A stretch of DNA of 43,391 nucleotides from Candidatus Woesearchaeota archaeon (GTDB lineage Archaea; Nanobdellota; Nanobdellia; Woesearchaeales; WJKL01), in contig JAZGHU010000037.1 of NCBI GenBank assembly GCA_036481345.1, positions 1 to 43,391 of the forward strand, in the 5' to 3' direction. This document shows, one piece after another, positions 7,061 through 15,167 of this stretch. Position 1 is the first letter of the stretch. Each line of letters opens with the position of its first letter. The position numbers and the translations under genes were made by a program. The notes beneath the pieces are model-generated. The model ran no database searches, had not been told where the DNA came from, and was given only the letters and a program-made list of their open reading frames with translations.

Positions 7061-9661
7061 ATGGCAGAAGATATAGGAATTCCACAAGAATATGTGTACA
7101 AAAAAGTAGAGAATATCGTATTTGGAGTAGCGAGTCCTCAATTAATCAAGAAGATGGCTACTGCAAAAGTTGTAACTCCTGAACTTTATGATAAAGAAGG
7201 TTATCCTGTTGACGGTGGATTAATGGACATTAGATTAGGTGTTATTGATCCTGGATTAAGATGTAAAACTTGCGGAAGCAAGCTAAAAGAATGTATTGGG
7301 CATTTTGGTTATATTGAATTAGCAAGGCCTGTTGTACATATAAGTTTTGTTGGAGTTGTTCTTGACTTATTAAGAAGTACTTGCAAAGAATGTGGAAAGA
7401 TATTGATCCCAGAAGACAAGATTAGCAAATACAGAGCAAAAATGGACAAAGCAGAGCATGAAGGCGGATTAGAAGGGAGAAGAGCTGCAATAAAAGAAGT
7501 TATTGCACATATGAAAACAATAAACAAATGTCCTTATTGTAAAGCAAGACAAGGAAAAGTTGCAATAGAAAAACCAACAACTTTTGTTGAAAATGAGAAA
7601 AAGATAAGTCCTATTGAAGTAAGAACAAGATTAGAGAAAATCCCAGATGATGATTTAGAAATATTTGGATTAAAAACAGGATATGTAAGGCCTGAATGGA
7701 TGGTTCTTACAGTAATGCCGATTCCTCCTGTAACGATGAGACCTTCTATCACACTTGAATCTGGAGAAAGAAGTGAAGATGACTTAACACACAAGTTAGG
7801 AGATATTGTAAGAATTAATCAAAGATTATTTGAAAATATCAATGCAGGAGCTCCAGAAATCATTATCGAAGATTTATGGGACTTGCTGCAGTATCATATT
7901 ACTACATTCTTTGACAATAATGTTGCGCAGTTGCCGCCAGCTAGGCATAGATCTGGACAACCTTTGAAGACAATAACTGAAAGAATCAAAAGTAAGGAAG
8001 GAAGAATCAGGCACAACCTTGCTGGAAAGAGAACTAACTTCTCAGCTAGAACAGTTATCAGTCCTGATCCAATGATAGAATTGAATGAAGTTGGTGTTCC
8101 GATGGTTATTTCTACAAAGCTGACTGTTCCTGAAAGAGTGACTGAATGGAATATGAAATATTTGAAGAAATTTGTAAAGAATGGCCCTGCGAAATATCCA
8201 GGAGCAAATTATATTGTAAGGCCTGATGGAAAGAAAAAGAAAATAACTGATGAAACTCAAGAAGCTTTACTTGAAGAATTAGAACCAGGATTTATTGTTG
8301 AAAGACATTTGAGAGATGGAGATATTGCTATTTTCAATAGACAACCTTCCTTGCACAGAATGAGCATGATGTGCCACAGAGTAAGAGTATTAGAAGGAAG
8401 AACATTCAGATTAAACCCAGCTGTCTGCCACCCATATAACGCTGATTTTGATGGAGATGAGATGAACCTGCATATTCCTCAAACAGAGGAAGCAAGATTA
8501 GAAGCAGAAATTTTAATGGAAGTTCAAACACAGCTTATTTCTCCAAGATATGGATTAAGTGTTATTGGCTGTGTACAAGATGCTATCTCTGGAAATTATT
8601 TATTAACAAGGGGAGCTGAATTAAGAAAATCAGAAGCAATTGATCTGTTATTAAGATTAGGAGTAAGTGACTTCTCAAATCTGCCTAACAAAGATGTTAT
8701 AAGTGGAAGAGATGTTTTTTCATGTATTCTTCCAGAAGATTTTAGCTTTAAAGGAAAATCAAGAGGAACTGATGAGAATGGAGAGAGGGAAGTTGTGATT
8801 AAGAAGGGTAAGCTGATAAAAGGAGTTATGGACAGAGATAATTTAGGAGAAGGTGCAGGATTGATGCTAAGAAATATTCATAAAAGATATGGTCAGAATA
8901 AAGCTATAAAGATTCTTGGAAAGATATTCAAATTAGGAATAGTTTATTTATCTAGAGTAGGATTTACAGCTGCTCTATCTGACACTGATCTGCCAGATCC
9001 AGCTAGAGTAAAGATAAGAGAGATATTGAATAAAGCTGAAGATGATGTTAATAATTTGATTAATCTATATCATCAAGGCAAACTGGAAATTTTCCCAGGA
9101 AGAACTGCTGAAGAAACTTTAGAATTAAAGATCTTAGAATTATTAAATAAAGCTAGAAACGGAACAGGACAAGTTGTTGCAGAACATCTGAATAAAAACA
9201 CTGGAAGTTCTGTTATGAGTGACTCAGGATCCAGAGGAGGACCTCTTAACTTAGCTCAGATGGCTGCTTGCGTTGGTCAGCAGGCTATGAGAGGAAAAAG
9301 AATTGAGAAAGGTTATCTAGGAAGAACTTTATCTAGCTTTAAGAAAGGTGATTTAAGTTCAAATGCAAGAGGATTTATCAGAGATGGCTATAAAAGCGGA
9401 TTAACTCCTTATGAATTCTTCTTTGGAGCTATAACAGGAAGAGATTCATTAATGGATACTGCATTAAGAACACCTAAATCTGGTTATCTCTATAGAAGAT
9501 TAGCTAACGCAATGCAGGACTTAAAAGTTGAATATGATGATACTGTAAGAGATGCCTCAGGAAAGATTGTACAATTCAGATATGGAGAAGATTCTATTGA
9601 TGTTTCAAAATCAGAAAATGGAACATTGAATATTAAAAGAATAATTGATAGTGTGAAATAA
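7061..9661 (+). CDS. rpoA1: DNA-directed RNA polymerase subunit A'
   Basis: 866 aa. N-terminal Zn motif CKTCGSKLKECIGHFGYIEL, catalytic NADFDGDEMNLH, RHRSGQPLKT. Confidence 0.95.
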   Translation: MAEDIGIPQEYVYKKVENIVFGVASPQLIKKMATAKVVTPELYDKEGYPVDGGLMDIRLGVIDPGLRCKTCGSKLKECIGHFGYIELARPVVHISFVGVVLDLLRSTCKECGKILIPEDKISKYRAKMDKAEHEGGLEGRRAAIKEVIAHMKTINKCPYCKARQGKVAIEKPTTFVENEKKISPIEVRTRLEKIPDDDLEIFGLKTGYVRPEWMVLTVMPIPPVTMRPSITLESGERSEDDLTHKLGDIVRINQRLFENINAGAPEIIIEDLWDLLQYHITTFFDNNVAQLPPARHRSGQPLKTITERIKSKEGRIRHNLAGKRTNFSARTVISPDPMIELNEVGVPMVISTKLTVPERVTEWNMKYLKKFVKNGPAKYPGANYIVRPDGKKKKITDETQEALLEELEPGFIVERHLRDGDIAIFNRQPSLHRMSMMCHRVRVLEGRTFRLNPAVCHPYNADFDGDEMNLHIPQTEEARLEAEILMEVQTQLISPRYGLSVIGCVQDAISGNYLLTRGAELRKSEAIDLLLRLGVSDFSNLPNKDVISGRDVFSCILPEDFSFKGKSRGTDENGEREVVIKKGKLIKGVMDRDNLGEGAGLMLRNIHKRYGQNKAIKILGKIFKLGIVYLSRVGFTAALSDTDLPDPARVKIREILNKAEDDVNNLINLYHQGKLEIFPGRTAEETLELKILELLNKARNGTGQVVAEHLNKNTGSSVMSDSGSRGGPLNLAQMAACVGQQAMRGKRIEKGYLGRTLSSFKKGDLSSNARGFIRDGYKSGLTPYEFFFGAITGRDSLMDTALRTPKSGYLYRRLANAMQDLKVEYDDTVRDASGKIVQFRYGEDSIDVSKSENGTLNIKRIIDSVK

Positions 9662-10789
9662 ATGGTTAAAGAATATAATAAATACAAAGGAAAATTGCCT
9701 GAAAATGTCTTGGAAGAAGTAAAAGAACTTACAAAAGGTATGGGAGAGGCTAAGATAAATAAGATATTGAAAGAAGTGTATAAAGAATACAAGAAAACCA
9801 AAGTAGAACCAGGAGAATCTGTTGGAGTGATCAGTGCTGAATCTATTGGCGAACCTGGAACTCAGATGACATTGAACACATTCCATTTTGCAGGAGTAGC
9901 TGAGATGAATGTTACAGTGGGCCTTCCTAGAATTATTGAGATATTAGATGGGAGAAAGAAGATTAAGACCCCTATGATGGAGATTTTCCTTAAAAAACCA
10001 TGGAGCACTGGAAAGAATATAAGATATCTTGCTTTATCTATTAAAGAAACAACAATAAAAGATATTCTTGTAGACTTGTCTGTTAGTATTGTTGATTCTA
10101 AGATGGAGTTAAAATTAAATGACGAAAAAATGAAAGAGATTGGAATAAATCCTAGTCAAGTGACTGTTGCTTTAGGAAAACAGCTTAAAGGAACTTCAAT
10201 AAAGAAAAAAGATGATTTGATTATTATAAAGCAAAAGGGAAAAGAAGGTAGTTTTGGAGATGTATATAAGATAAAAGAAAAAATCAAGAAGGTTTATGTT
10301 AAAGGTGTAAAGGGAATTACACAAGTTCTGCCTGTTAAGAGAAATGATGAATTTATTATAATCACTGCTGGAAGCAATCTAAATGATATACTTCCATTAA
10401 AAGAAGTTGATGAAACAAGAACTGTAACTAATGATGTTTATGAAACAGCTGATATTCTTGGAGTCGAAGCTGCAAGGCAGGTTATTATCAATGAAGTAAA
10501 TAAGGTTATTGAAGCTCAAGGATTGAATGTTGATCTTCGTCATGTTATGCTAGTAGCAGATACAATGTGCTTTGGAGGAGAAGTTAAAGGAATAACAAGA
10601 TATGGTATTGTAAGCAAAAAAGCTTCTGTTTTAGCTAGAGCTTCTTTTGAAACTCCAATCAAACATATAATCAATGCTGCTCTTGTTGGAGAAGTAGATG
10701 AATTAAATTCAGTAGTAGAAAATGTAATGCTTAACCAGCCTGTTCCAGTTGGAACTGGATTGCCTGGATTGATAACAAAGGTGAAATAA
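9662..10789 (+). CDS. rpoA2: DNA-directed RNA polymerase subunit A''
   Basis: 375 aa. [31 protein letters not shown] directly abuts the rpoA1 stop. Confidence 0.95.
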   Translation: MVKEYNKYKGKLPENVLEEVKELTKGMGEAKINKILKEVYKEYKKTKVEPGESVGVISAESIGEPGTQMTLNTFHFAGVAEMNVTVGLPRIIEILDGRKKIKTPMMEIFLKKPWSTGKNIRYLALSIKETTIKDILVDLSVSIVDSKMELKLNDEKMKEIGINPSQVTVALGKQLKGTSIKKKDDLIIIKQKGKEGSFGDVYKIKEKIKKVYVKGVKGITQVLPVKRNDEFIIITAGSNLNDILPLKEVDETRTVTNDVYETADILGVEAARQVIINEVNKVIEAQGLNVDLRHVMLVADTMCFGGEVKGITRYGIVSKKASVLARASFETPIKHIINAALVGEVDELNSVVENVMLNQPVPVGTGLPGLITKVK

Positions 10790-11056
10790 ATGGTTGCAAT
10801 AGATGATGTTAAAAAAGTTATAAAAGAAGGAAAAGCTGTAATCGGAACAAAAGAAGTTTTAAAGAAGTTGAAGTTAGGTAAGATTTCAAAAGTGTTTGTA
10901 ACAATTAATTGTCCTGCTGATGTCAAGAAAAGTGTTAAATATTATGCTGAATTGGCTAAGGCAGAGGTTGTTCAATTAAAACAACCAAATGATGAGTTGG
11001 GAACAGTTTGTAAGAAACCGTTTTCTATTTCTTTATTAGGCGTTAAGGTGCAATAA
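10790..11056 (+). CDS. rpl30e: Ribosomal protein eL30 (L30e)
   Basis: 88 aa. GKAVIGTKEVLKKLKLGKISKVFVTINCP...ELGTVCKKPFSISLLGV. Conserved position after rpoA2. Confidence 0.9.
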   Translation: MVAIDDVKKVIKEGKAVIGTKEVLKKLKLGKISKVFVTINCPADVKKSVKYYAELAKAEVVQLKQPNDELGTVCKKPFSISLLGVKVQ

Positions 11057-11057
11057 G

Positions 11058-11477
11058 TTGGGAGTTAAGATTAAATTTGATATTAATATCATGAAGTTTA
11101 TTTCTCTTTTTGAGAAAATTACTAGAGTTAATGCAAAAGATTGTTTTAAACAAGATACAAGACTTGTTTTTATTGTTCCAGAAGGAAAAGCAGGCATGGC
11201 TGTTGGCAAAAAAGGCATGAATATTAAGAAGCTTGAAAATTTGCTTAAGAAGAAAATAAAGATCGTTGAATATGATGATGATGTGATTGAGTTTGTTAAG
11301 AATGTCATCCATCCATTAGGTGCAAGAGAGATTGCAGAAGATGAAGGAACAGTTACTATAACTCCTCCCGATAGCCAGACAAGAGGTTATTTGATTGGAA
11401 GAGAAGCTGTAAATTTAAGAGGTTTTGAAGAGATAGTCAAAAGATATTTTGATATAAAAGAAATCAAGGTTATATAG
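11058..11477 (+). CDS. nusA: Archaeal NusA-like termination factor (two KH domains)
   Basis: 139 aa, TTG start in the track. KH GxxG-type motif VGKKGMNIKKLE. Conserved position between rpl30e and rps12. Confidence 0.85.
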   Translation: MGVKIKFDINIMKFISLFEKITRVNAKDCFKQDTRLVFIVPEGKAGMAVGKKGMNIKKLENLLKKKIKIVEYDDDVIEFVKNVIHPLGAREIAEDEGTVTITPPDSQTRGYLIGREAVNLRGFEEIVKRYFDIKEIKVI

Positions 11478-11515
11478 TGGATTACGAAACCTTTTTAAAG
11501 GTCCTACAAATCCAC
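11478..11515 (+). promoter_or_regulatory. Nested palindrome with central TATA-like TTTTTAAA upstream of rps12
   Basis: GTGGATT (11478-11484)...AATCCAC (11509-11515) enclose ACCTTT-TT-AAAGGT (11489-11502). The TATA-like centre lies ~35 nt upstream of ATG 11532. CAAATCCAC at 11507-11515. Confidence 0.4.
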
Positions 11516-11531
11516 AATACTATTATTAACA

Positions 11532-11969
11532 ATGGCAAAAAAAGCAAGAGGCTTATCAGCTACAAGAAGATTGAAGAAAAGAGGAATTTCAAATAGATGG
11601 CACTCTAGTAAATATAAGAAAAGAACTCTTGGATTAAAGAAAAAAGCTGATCCATTGGAAGGAAGTTCTCAGGCAAAAGGTATTGTTTTAGAAAAAGTGC
11701 AGTTAGAAGCAAAACAGCCAAACTCTGCTATGAGAAAATGTGTTAGAGTTCAATTAGTTAAGAATGGAAAACAAGTTACTGCTTTCGCCCCAGGAGATGG
11801 AGCAATTAAATTGATTGATGAGCACGATGAAGTTGTTATTGAATGTATTGGTGGAAAGATGGGCAGAGCTAAAGGAGACATTCCAGGAGTTAGATGGTGT
11901 GTTATCAAAGTTAATGATCAAAGTTTAACAGCATTATTACATAATAAGATAGAGAAAGCAAGAAAATGA
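11532..11969 (+). CDS. rps12: Ribosomal protein uS12
   Basis: 145 aa. [35 protein letters not shown]. Confidence 0.95.
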   Translation: MAKKARGLSATRRLKKRGISNRWHSSKYKKRTLGLKKKADPLEGSSQAKGIVLEKVQLEAKQPNSAMRKCVRVQLVKNGKQVTAFAPGDGAIKLIDEHDEVVIECIGGKMGRAKGDIPGVRWCVIKVNDQSLTALLHNKIEKARK

Positions 11970-12015
11970 AATTTTTAAATAAAAATTCCAGTGTTAAAAT
12001 CGGAGATTTGAACAA

Positions 12016-12609
12016 ATGATTAAAGCATTTGATAGATGGGATACAGAAGGCATCAAGGTTAAAGATAAAGGCCTTGTTGATTATATTACATTAGCTCCAA
12101 AAATTGTTCCTAGAACAGGAGCAAGGTATGCTGGAGAAAGATTCCACAAATCAAGAATTTTTATTATTGAAAGATTGATAAATAAAGTTATGGTTCCTGG
12201 ACATAAATCCAAGAAGCATTTCAAATCAAGTTCTCATATTACTGGAAAAGCTTCAAAGGCATATAAAATTGTTGAGAACGCTCTTGCAAAGATTGAATCA
12301 CTGACAAAAGAAAATCCTATTGCTGTCTTTGTTCAAGCTTTGGAAAATGCTTCTCCAAGAGAAGAGATTATAACAATTGAGTATGGTGGAGCAAGATACC
12401 CAAAAGCAGTTGAATGTGCACCGCAAAGAAGAATAGATATTGCATTGAGATTCTTTACACAAGGAGCTTATCAAAAATCATTCAACACAAAGAAATCAAT
12501 TGAAGACTGCTTAGCAGATGAAATTCTAAATGCTTACAGGTTAAGTAATAATTCTGCAGCTATTTCCAAAAAGTTGGAATTGGAAAGGCAAGCTGATGCT
12601 TCTCGTTAG
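12016..12609 (+). CDS. rps7: Ribosomal protein uS7
   Basis: 197 aa. archaeal S7 pattern (ERLINKVM..., IEYGGARYPKAVECAPQRRIDIALR). Follows rps12. Confidence 0.92.
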   Translation: MIKAFDRWDTEGIKVKDKGLVDYITLAPKIVPRTGARYAGERFHKSRIFIIERLINKVMVPGHKSKKHFKSSSHITGKASKAYKIVENALAKIESLTKENPIAVFVQALENASPREEIITIEYGGARYPKAVECAPQRRIDIALRFFTQGAYQKSFNTKKSIEDCLADEILNAYRLSNNSAAISKKLELERQADASR

Positions 12610-12629
12610 AGAAGTCTGTTGAACTTGTT
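12610..12629 (+). repeat. Copy 1 of an exact 20-nt intergenic repeat AGAAGTCTGTTGAACTTGTT (palindromic core TTGAAC-TT-GTTCAA)
   Basis: Begins at the first nt after the rps7 stop. Identical 20-mer at 24125-24144. Also flanked by AGAAGT (12610-12615)/ACTTCT (12637-12642). Confidence 0.8.
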
Positions 12630-12650
12630 CAATTTTACTTCTAGATAAGC

Positions 12651-12658
12651 TTTATAAA
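12651..12658 (+). promoter_or_regulatory. TATA box TTTATAAA for aroA (leaderless-type spacing)
   Basis: Ends 21 nt upstream of ATG 12680. Preceded by the purine-containing BRE-like AAGC. Confidence 0.45.
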
Positions 12659-12679
12659 TTAAGTTCTAATGGCAGACAT

Positions 12680-13921
12680 ATGAATAAAATAAAGATACCT
12701 GGATCAAAAAGCTATACAAATAGGGCTTTGGTTTGCGCAGCATTAGCTGAAGGAGAGTCTATTATAGAAAATCCTTCTGTTTGTGATGATACAATAGCAA
12801 TGGTTGATGCATTGTCTCAGTTAGGAGCAGATATCCAGTATGATGGGAATTTTATTGTAAATGGTGGCAGGCTGCATCCATCTAAGGATGACATTGATGT
12901 TGGTGCTGCTGGAACTACAATGAGATTTTTGACTGGTTTGTGCAGTATCATTCAGGGTGAACATAGAATTTATGGAACCTCAAGAATGCATGAAAGACCT
13001 TTGGAAGACTTGACTAATGCTTTAAGCCTGATTACAAAAGGTTCAATCAATCTTGAAAGTGTAAATAAGGATGGAAAAAGATGCCCTCCTATAACTATAT
13101 ACACTAATGGGTTAACTGGTGGAGAAACTTTCATAAAAGTTGATTCAAGCAGCCAACATCTAACTTCTTTATCAATGGCAGGCCCATATGCTGATAAGGA
13201 TATGATTATTCATACTATTGGAGAGCCTGTTGAAGAACCATATACTAATATGACAATAGAGACAATGGGAGAGTTTGGAGTAAGTGTTGAAAAAGAAGGA
13301 CGTAAATATATAATCAAGGCTGGCCAAAGATATCAGCCAATTAATTATGATGTTGAATCTGATGCCAGTGGTGGAATAACTGTTATGGCTGTTCCTGCAA
13401 TTACTGGAGGAGAATTATCTGTAGGAGAATTTAGAGAAGATTCTAAACAAGGAGATCTGGAATTTACAAAGATTCTTGAAATGATGGGCTGCAATGTAAA
13501 AAGAGATGGAAGTTATATTGATGTTAAAGGACCTTATAAATTAAAAGCTGTTGATGTTGACATGAAAGACATGCCTGATGTTGTTCCAACTTTAGCTGTT
13601 TTAGCAGCAGCAGCAGATGGAAAAACAACAATAAATAATATTGGAAACTTAAGAATGAAAGAATGCGATAGGATTGAAGCATTGGAGCAGGAGTTAACAA
13701 AAACAGGCATTAGAGTAGAATCTACTGAAGATAGTTTAACTATCTATGGGGGCAATCCACATGGGGCTGAAATAGATGTACATGATGATCATAGAATAGC
13801 TATGAATTTTTATATTTTAGGATTAATAGTTCCTGGAATCAAGATAAATGATATGGATTGTGTAAAAAAATCATTTCCTAATTATTATGAGTTAGTAGAT
13901 GGATTAAAGTATGGTCGGTAG
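12680..13921 (+). CDS. aroA: 3-phosphoshikimate 1-carboxyvinyltransferase (EPSP synthase)
   Basis: 413 aa. KIPGSKSYTNRALVCAALAEGES, GAAGTTMRFL, LRMKECDRI, DDHRIAM. Confidence 0.9.
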   Translation: MNKIKIPGSKSYTNRALVCAALAEGESIIENPSVCDDTIAMVDALSQLGADIQYDGNFIVNGGRLHPSKDDIDVGAAGTTMRFLTGLCSIIQGEHRIYGTSRMHERPLEDLTNALSLITKGSINLESVNKDGKRCPPITIYTNGLTGGETFIKVDSSSQHLTSLSMAGPYADKDMIIHTIGEPVEEPYTNMTIETMGEFGVSVEKEGRKYIIKAGQRYQPINYDVESDASGGITVMAVPAITGGELSVGEFREDSKQGDLEFTKILEMMGCNVKRDGSYIDVKGPYKLKAVDVDMKDMPDVVPTLAVLAAAADGKTTINNIGNLRMKECDRIEALEQELTKTGIRVESTEDSLTIYGGNPHGAEIDVHDDHRIAMNFYILGLIVPGIKINDMDCVKKSFPNYYELVDGLKYGR

Positions 13922-13932
13922 AGCCGTCCAAG

Positions 13933-13974
13933 TATAAAGGTTCGTTTTCTCTAAATGAAAACGTAACCTTTATA
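13933..13974. promoter_or_regulatory. 17-bp-stem palindrome TATAAAGGTTCGTTTTC...GAAAACGTAACCTTTATA; likely aroA terminator hairpin and/or secE promoter (ACCTTTATAAA on +)
   Basis: Hand pairing 13933-13949 with 13957-13974 (one bulged T). Outer arms are identical to those of hairpin B at 3051-3092. Confidence 0.45.
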
Positions 13975-14044
13975 AACATCCTATATACATATACATTAAC
14001 TGCTTCTAAAAATCAAACAAGAGGTAGTTGAAAACAATAAAAAA

Positions 14045-14248
14045 ATGGACTTTCAACAACAAGAGGAAAAACCTTCAGCTTTAAGGAAGATGAAGAGGTT
14101 TGGAAAGGAGTGTTTAAGAGTTTTAAAAGTAACAAAAAAACCAGATAAAGAGGAATATCTTACAATTGTTAAAGTTTCAGGAATAGGGATTTTAGTCATT
14201 GGACTGGTTGGATTCCTGATTCAGATGATAAAACAATTGCTACTATAA
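14045..14248 (+). CDS. secE: Preprotein translocase subunit SecE (Sec61-gamma)
   Basis: 67 aa. Basic N-terminus, single C-terminal TM VSGIGILVIGLVGFLIQMI. Conserved position upstream of spt5. Confidence 0.85.
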   Translation: MDFQQQEEKPSALRKMKRFGKECLRVLKVTKKPDKEEYLTIVKVSGIGILVIGLVGFLIQMIKQLLL

Positions 14249-14250
14249 AA

Positions 14251-15165
14251 ATGGAAACAGAAGAAAAACAAGAAAGTAAAAAAGAAGATACTCAGAAGAA
14301 ATCTGACTCTTCACAACCTAAGATTTACGGTTTAAGAACTACAGCTAACAGAGAAGATCAGGTTATGGATTTTGTTGGCTCAAATGCTGAGAAAAAAGGC
14401 TACAAAGTTTACTCAATAATCAGAACTCATGGAATGAGGGGTTATATTTTCCTAGAAGCTGCTTCAAAACAAGATGCAGAACAAGCAGCTTTCAATATAC
14501 CATATGCAAGAGGAATTCTATCAAAAGAGATTGCTTATGAAGAAATAGAACATATGCTTGAAATGGTTAAAGTAGAAATGAATATCATGAAAAATGATAT
14601 TGTTGAAATCATATCTGGCCCATTCAAGAGAGAACATGCAAAAGTTACTAGAATAGACAAAGTAAAAGAAGAAGTTGTTGTTGAATTACTAGAAGCTGCT
14701 GTTCCAATCCCAATCACAGTTAAGATGGATTCTGTTAAAGTCATCAGAAGGGAGACAGAAGAAGGTGACGAAGAGCCTGAAGAAGAATCAGTTGCAATTC
14801 CTTCTCCTAAAGCTAAAGGATCTCCTGTCAAGTTTGCTGATGAGGAAGTTGAAGAGTTAAAAATGCCCGGTACAGAAAAAGAAATTGATATAGATGACAT
14901 TGAAGATGAAGAAAAAGAAGAAGAAAGCGGACTTCCATTAGGTTTAAAAATCAAGGTTAAGAAATCTAAAAAGAAAGAAGAAAAGTCTGAAGAAGAGACA
15001 GAAGAAGAAGCTGTTGAAAAAGTAAAAAAAGCAGTGGAAAAGGCTGAAGAAAAGCCTAAAAAGAAAGAACCTTCTCCTGAAACAAAGAAGATGATGAAAG
15101 AAGCTGAAGAAGAAGCAGAAGAGAAAATTGAAGAAGAACTAAAAGAAGAAGAGAAAAGTGAATAA
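14251..15165 (+). CDS. spt5: Transcription elongation factor Spt5 (archaeal NusG), NGN + KOW, with a ~140-aa Glu/Lys-rich C-terminal extension
   Basis: 304 aa. NGN region IYGLRTTANREDQVMDFV...GYIFLEA. KOW region NDIVEIISGPFKREHAKVTRID. Low-complexity E/K tail from about nt 14750 onward. Confidence 0.88.
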   Translation: METEEKQESKKEDTQKKSDSSQPKIYGLRTTANREDQVMDFVGSNAEKKGYKVYSIIRTHGMRGYIFLEAASKQDAEQAAFNIPYARGILSKEIAYEEIEHMLEMVKVEMNIMKNDIVEIISGPFKREHAKVTRIDKVKEEVVVELLEAAVPIPITVKMDSVKVIRRETEEGDEEPEEESVAIPSPKAKGSPVKFADEEVEELKMPGTEKEIDIDDIEDEEKEEESGLPLGLKIKVKKSKKKEEKSEEETEEEAVEKVKKAVEKAEEKPKKKEPSPETKKMMKEAEEEAEEKIEEELKEEEKSE

Positions 15166-15167
15166 AG

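Noticed and set aside
3764-10789. Inteins or large insertions in RNA polymerase subunits.
   Set aside because: Subunit lengths (495, 600, 866, 375 aa) are ordinary. No intein block motifs or length anomalies were seen.
9653-10795. Identical 15-mer GTGAAATAAATGGTT at the rpoA1/rpoA2 and rpoA2/rpl30e junctions.
   Set aside because: It is explained by similar ...VK-stop / MV... gene ends and a GTGA/GGTGA Shine-Dalgarno-like coupling signal. It is not evidence of a mobile or repeat element.
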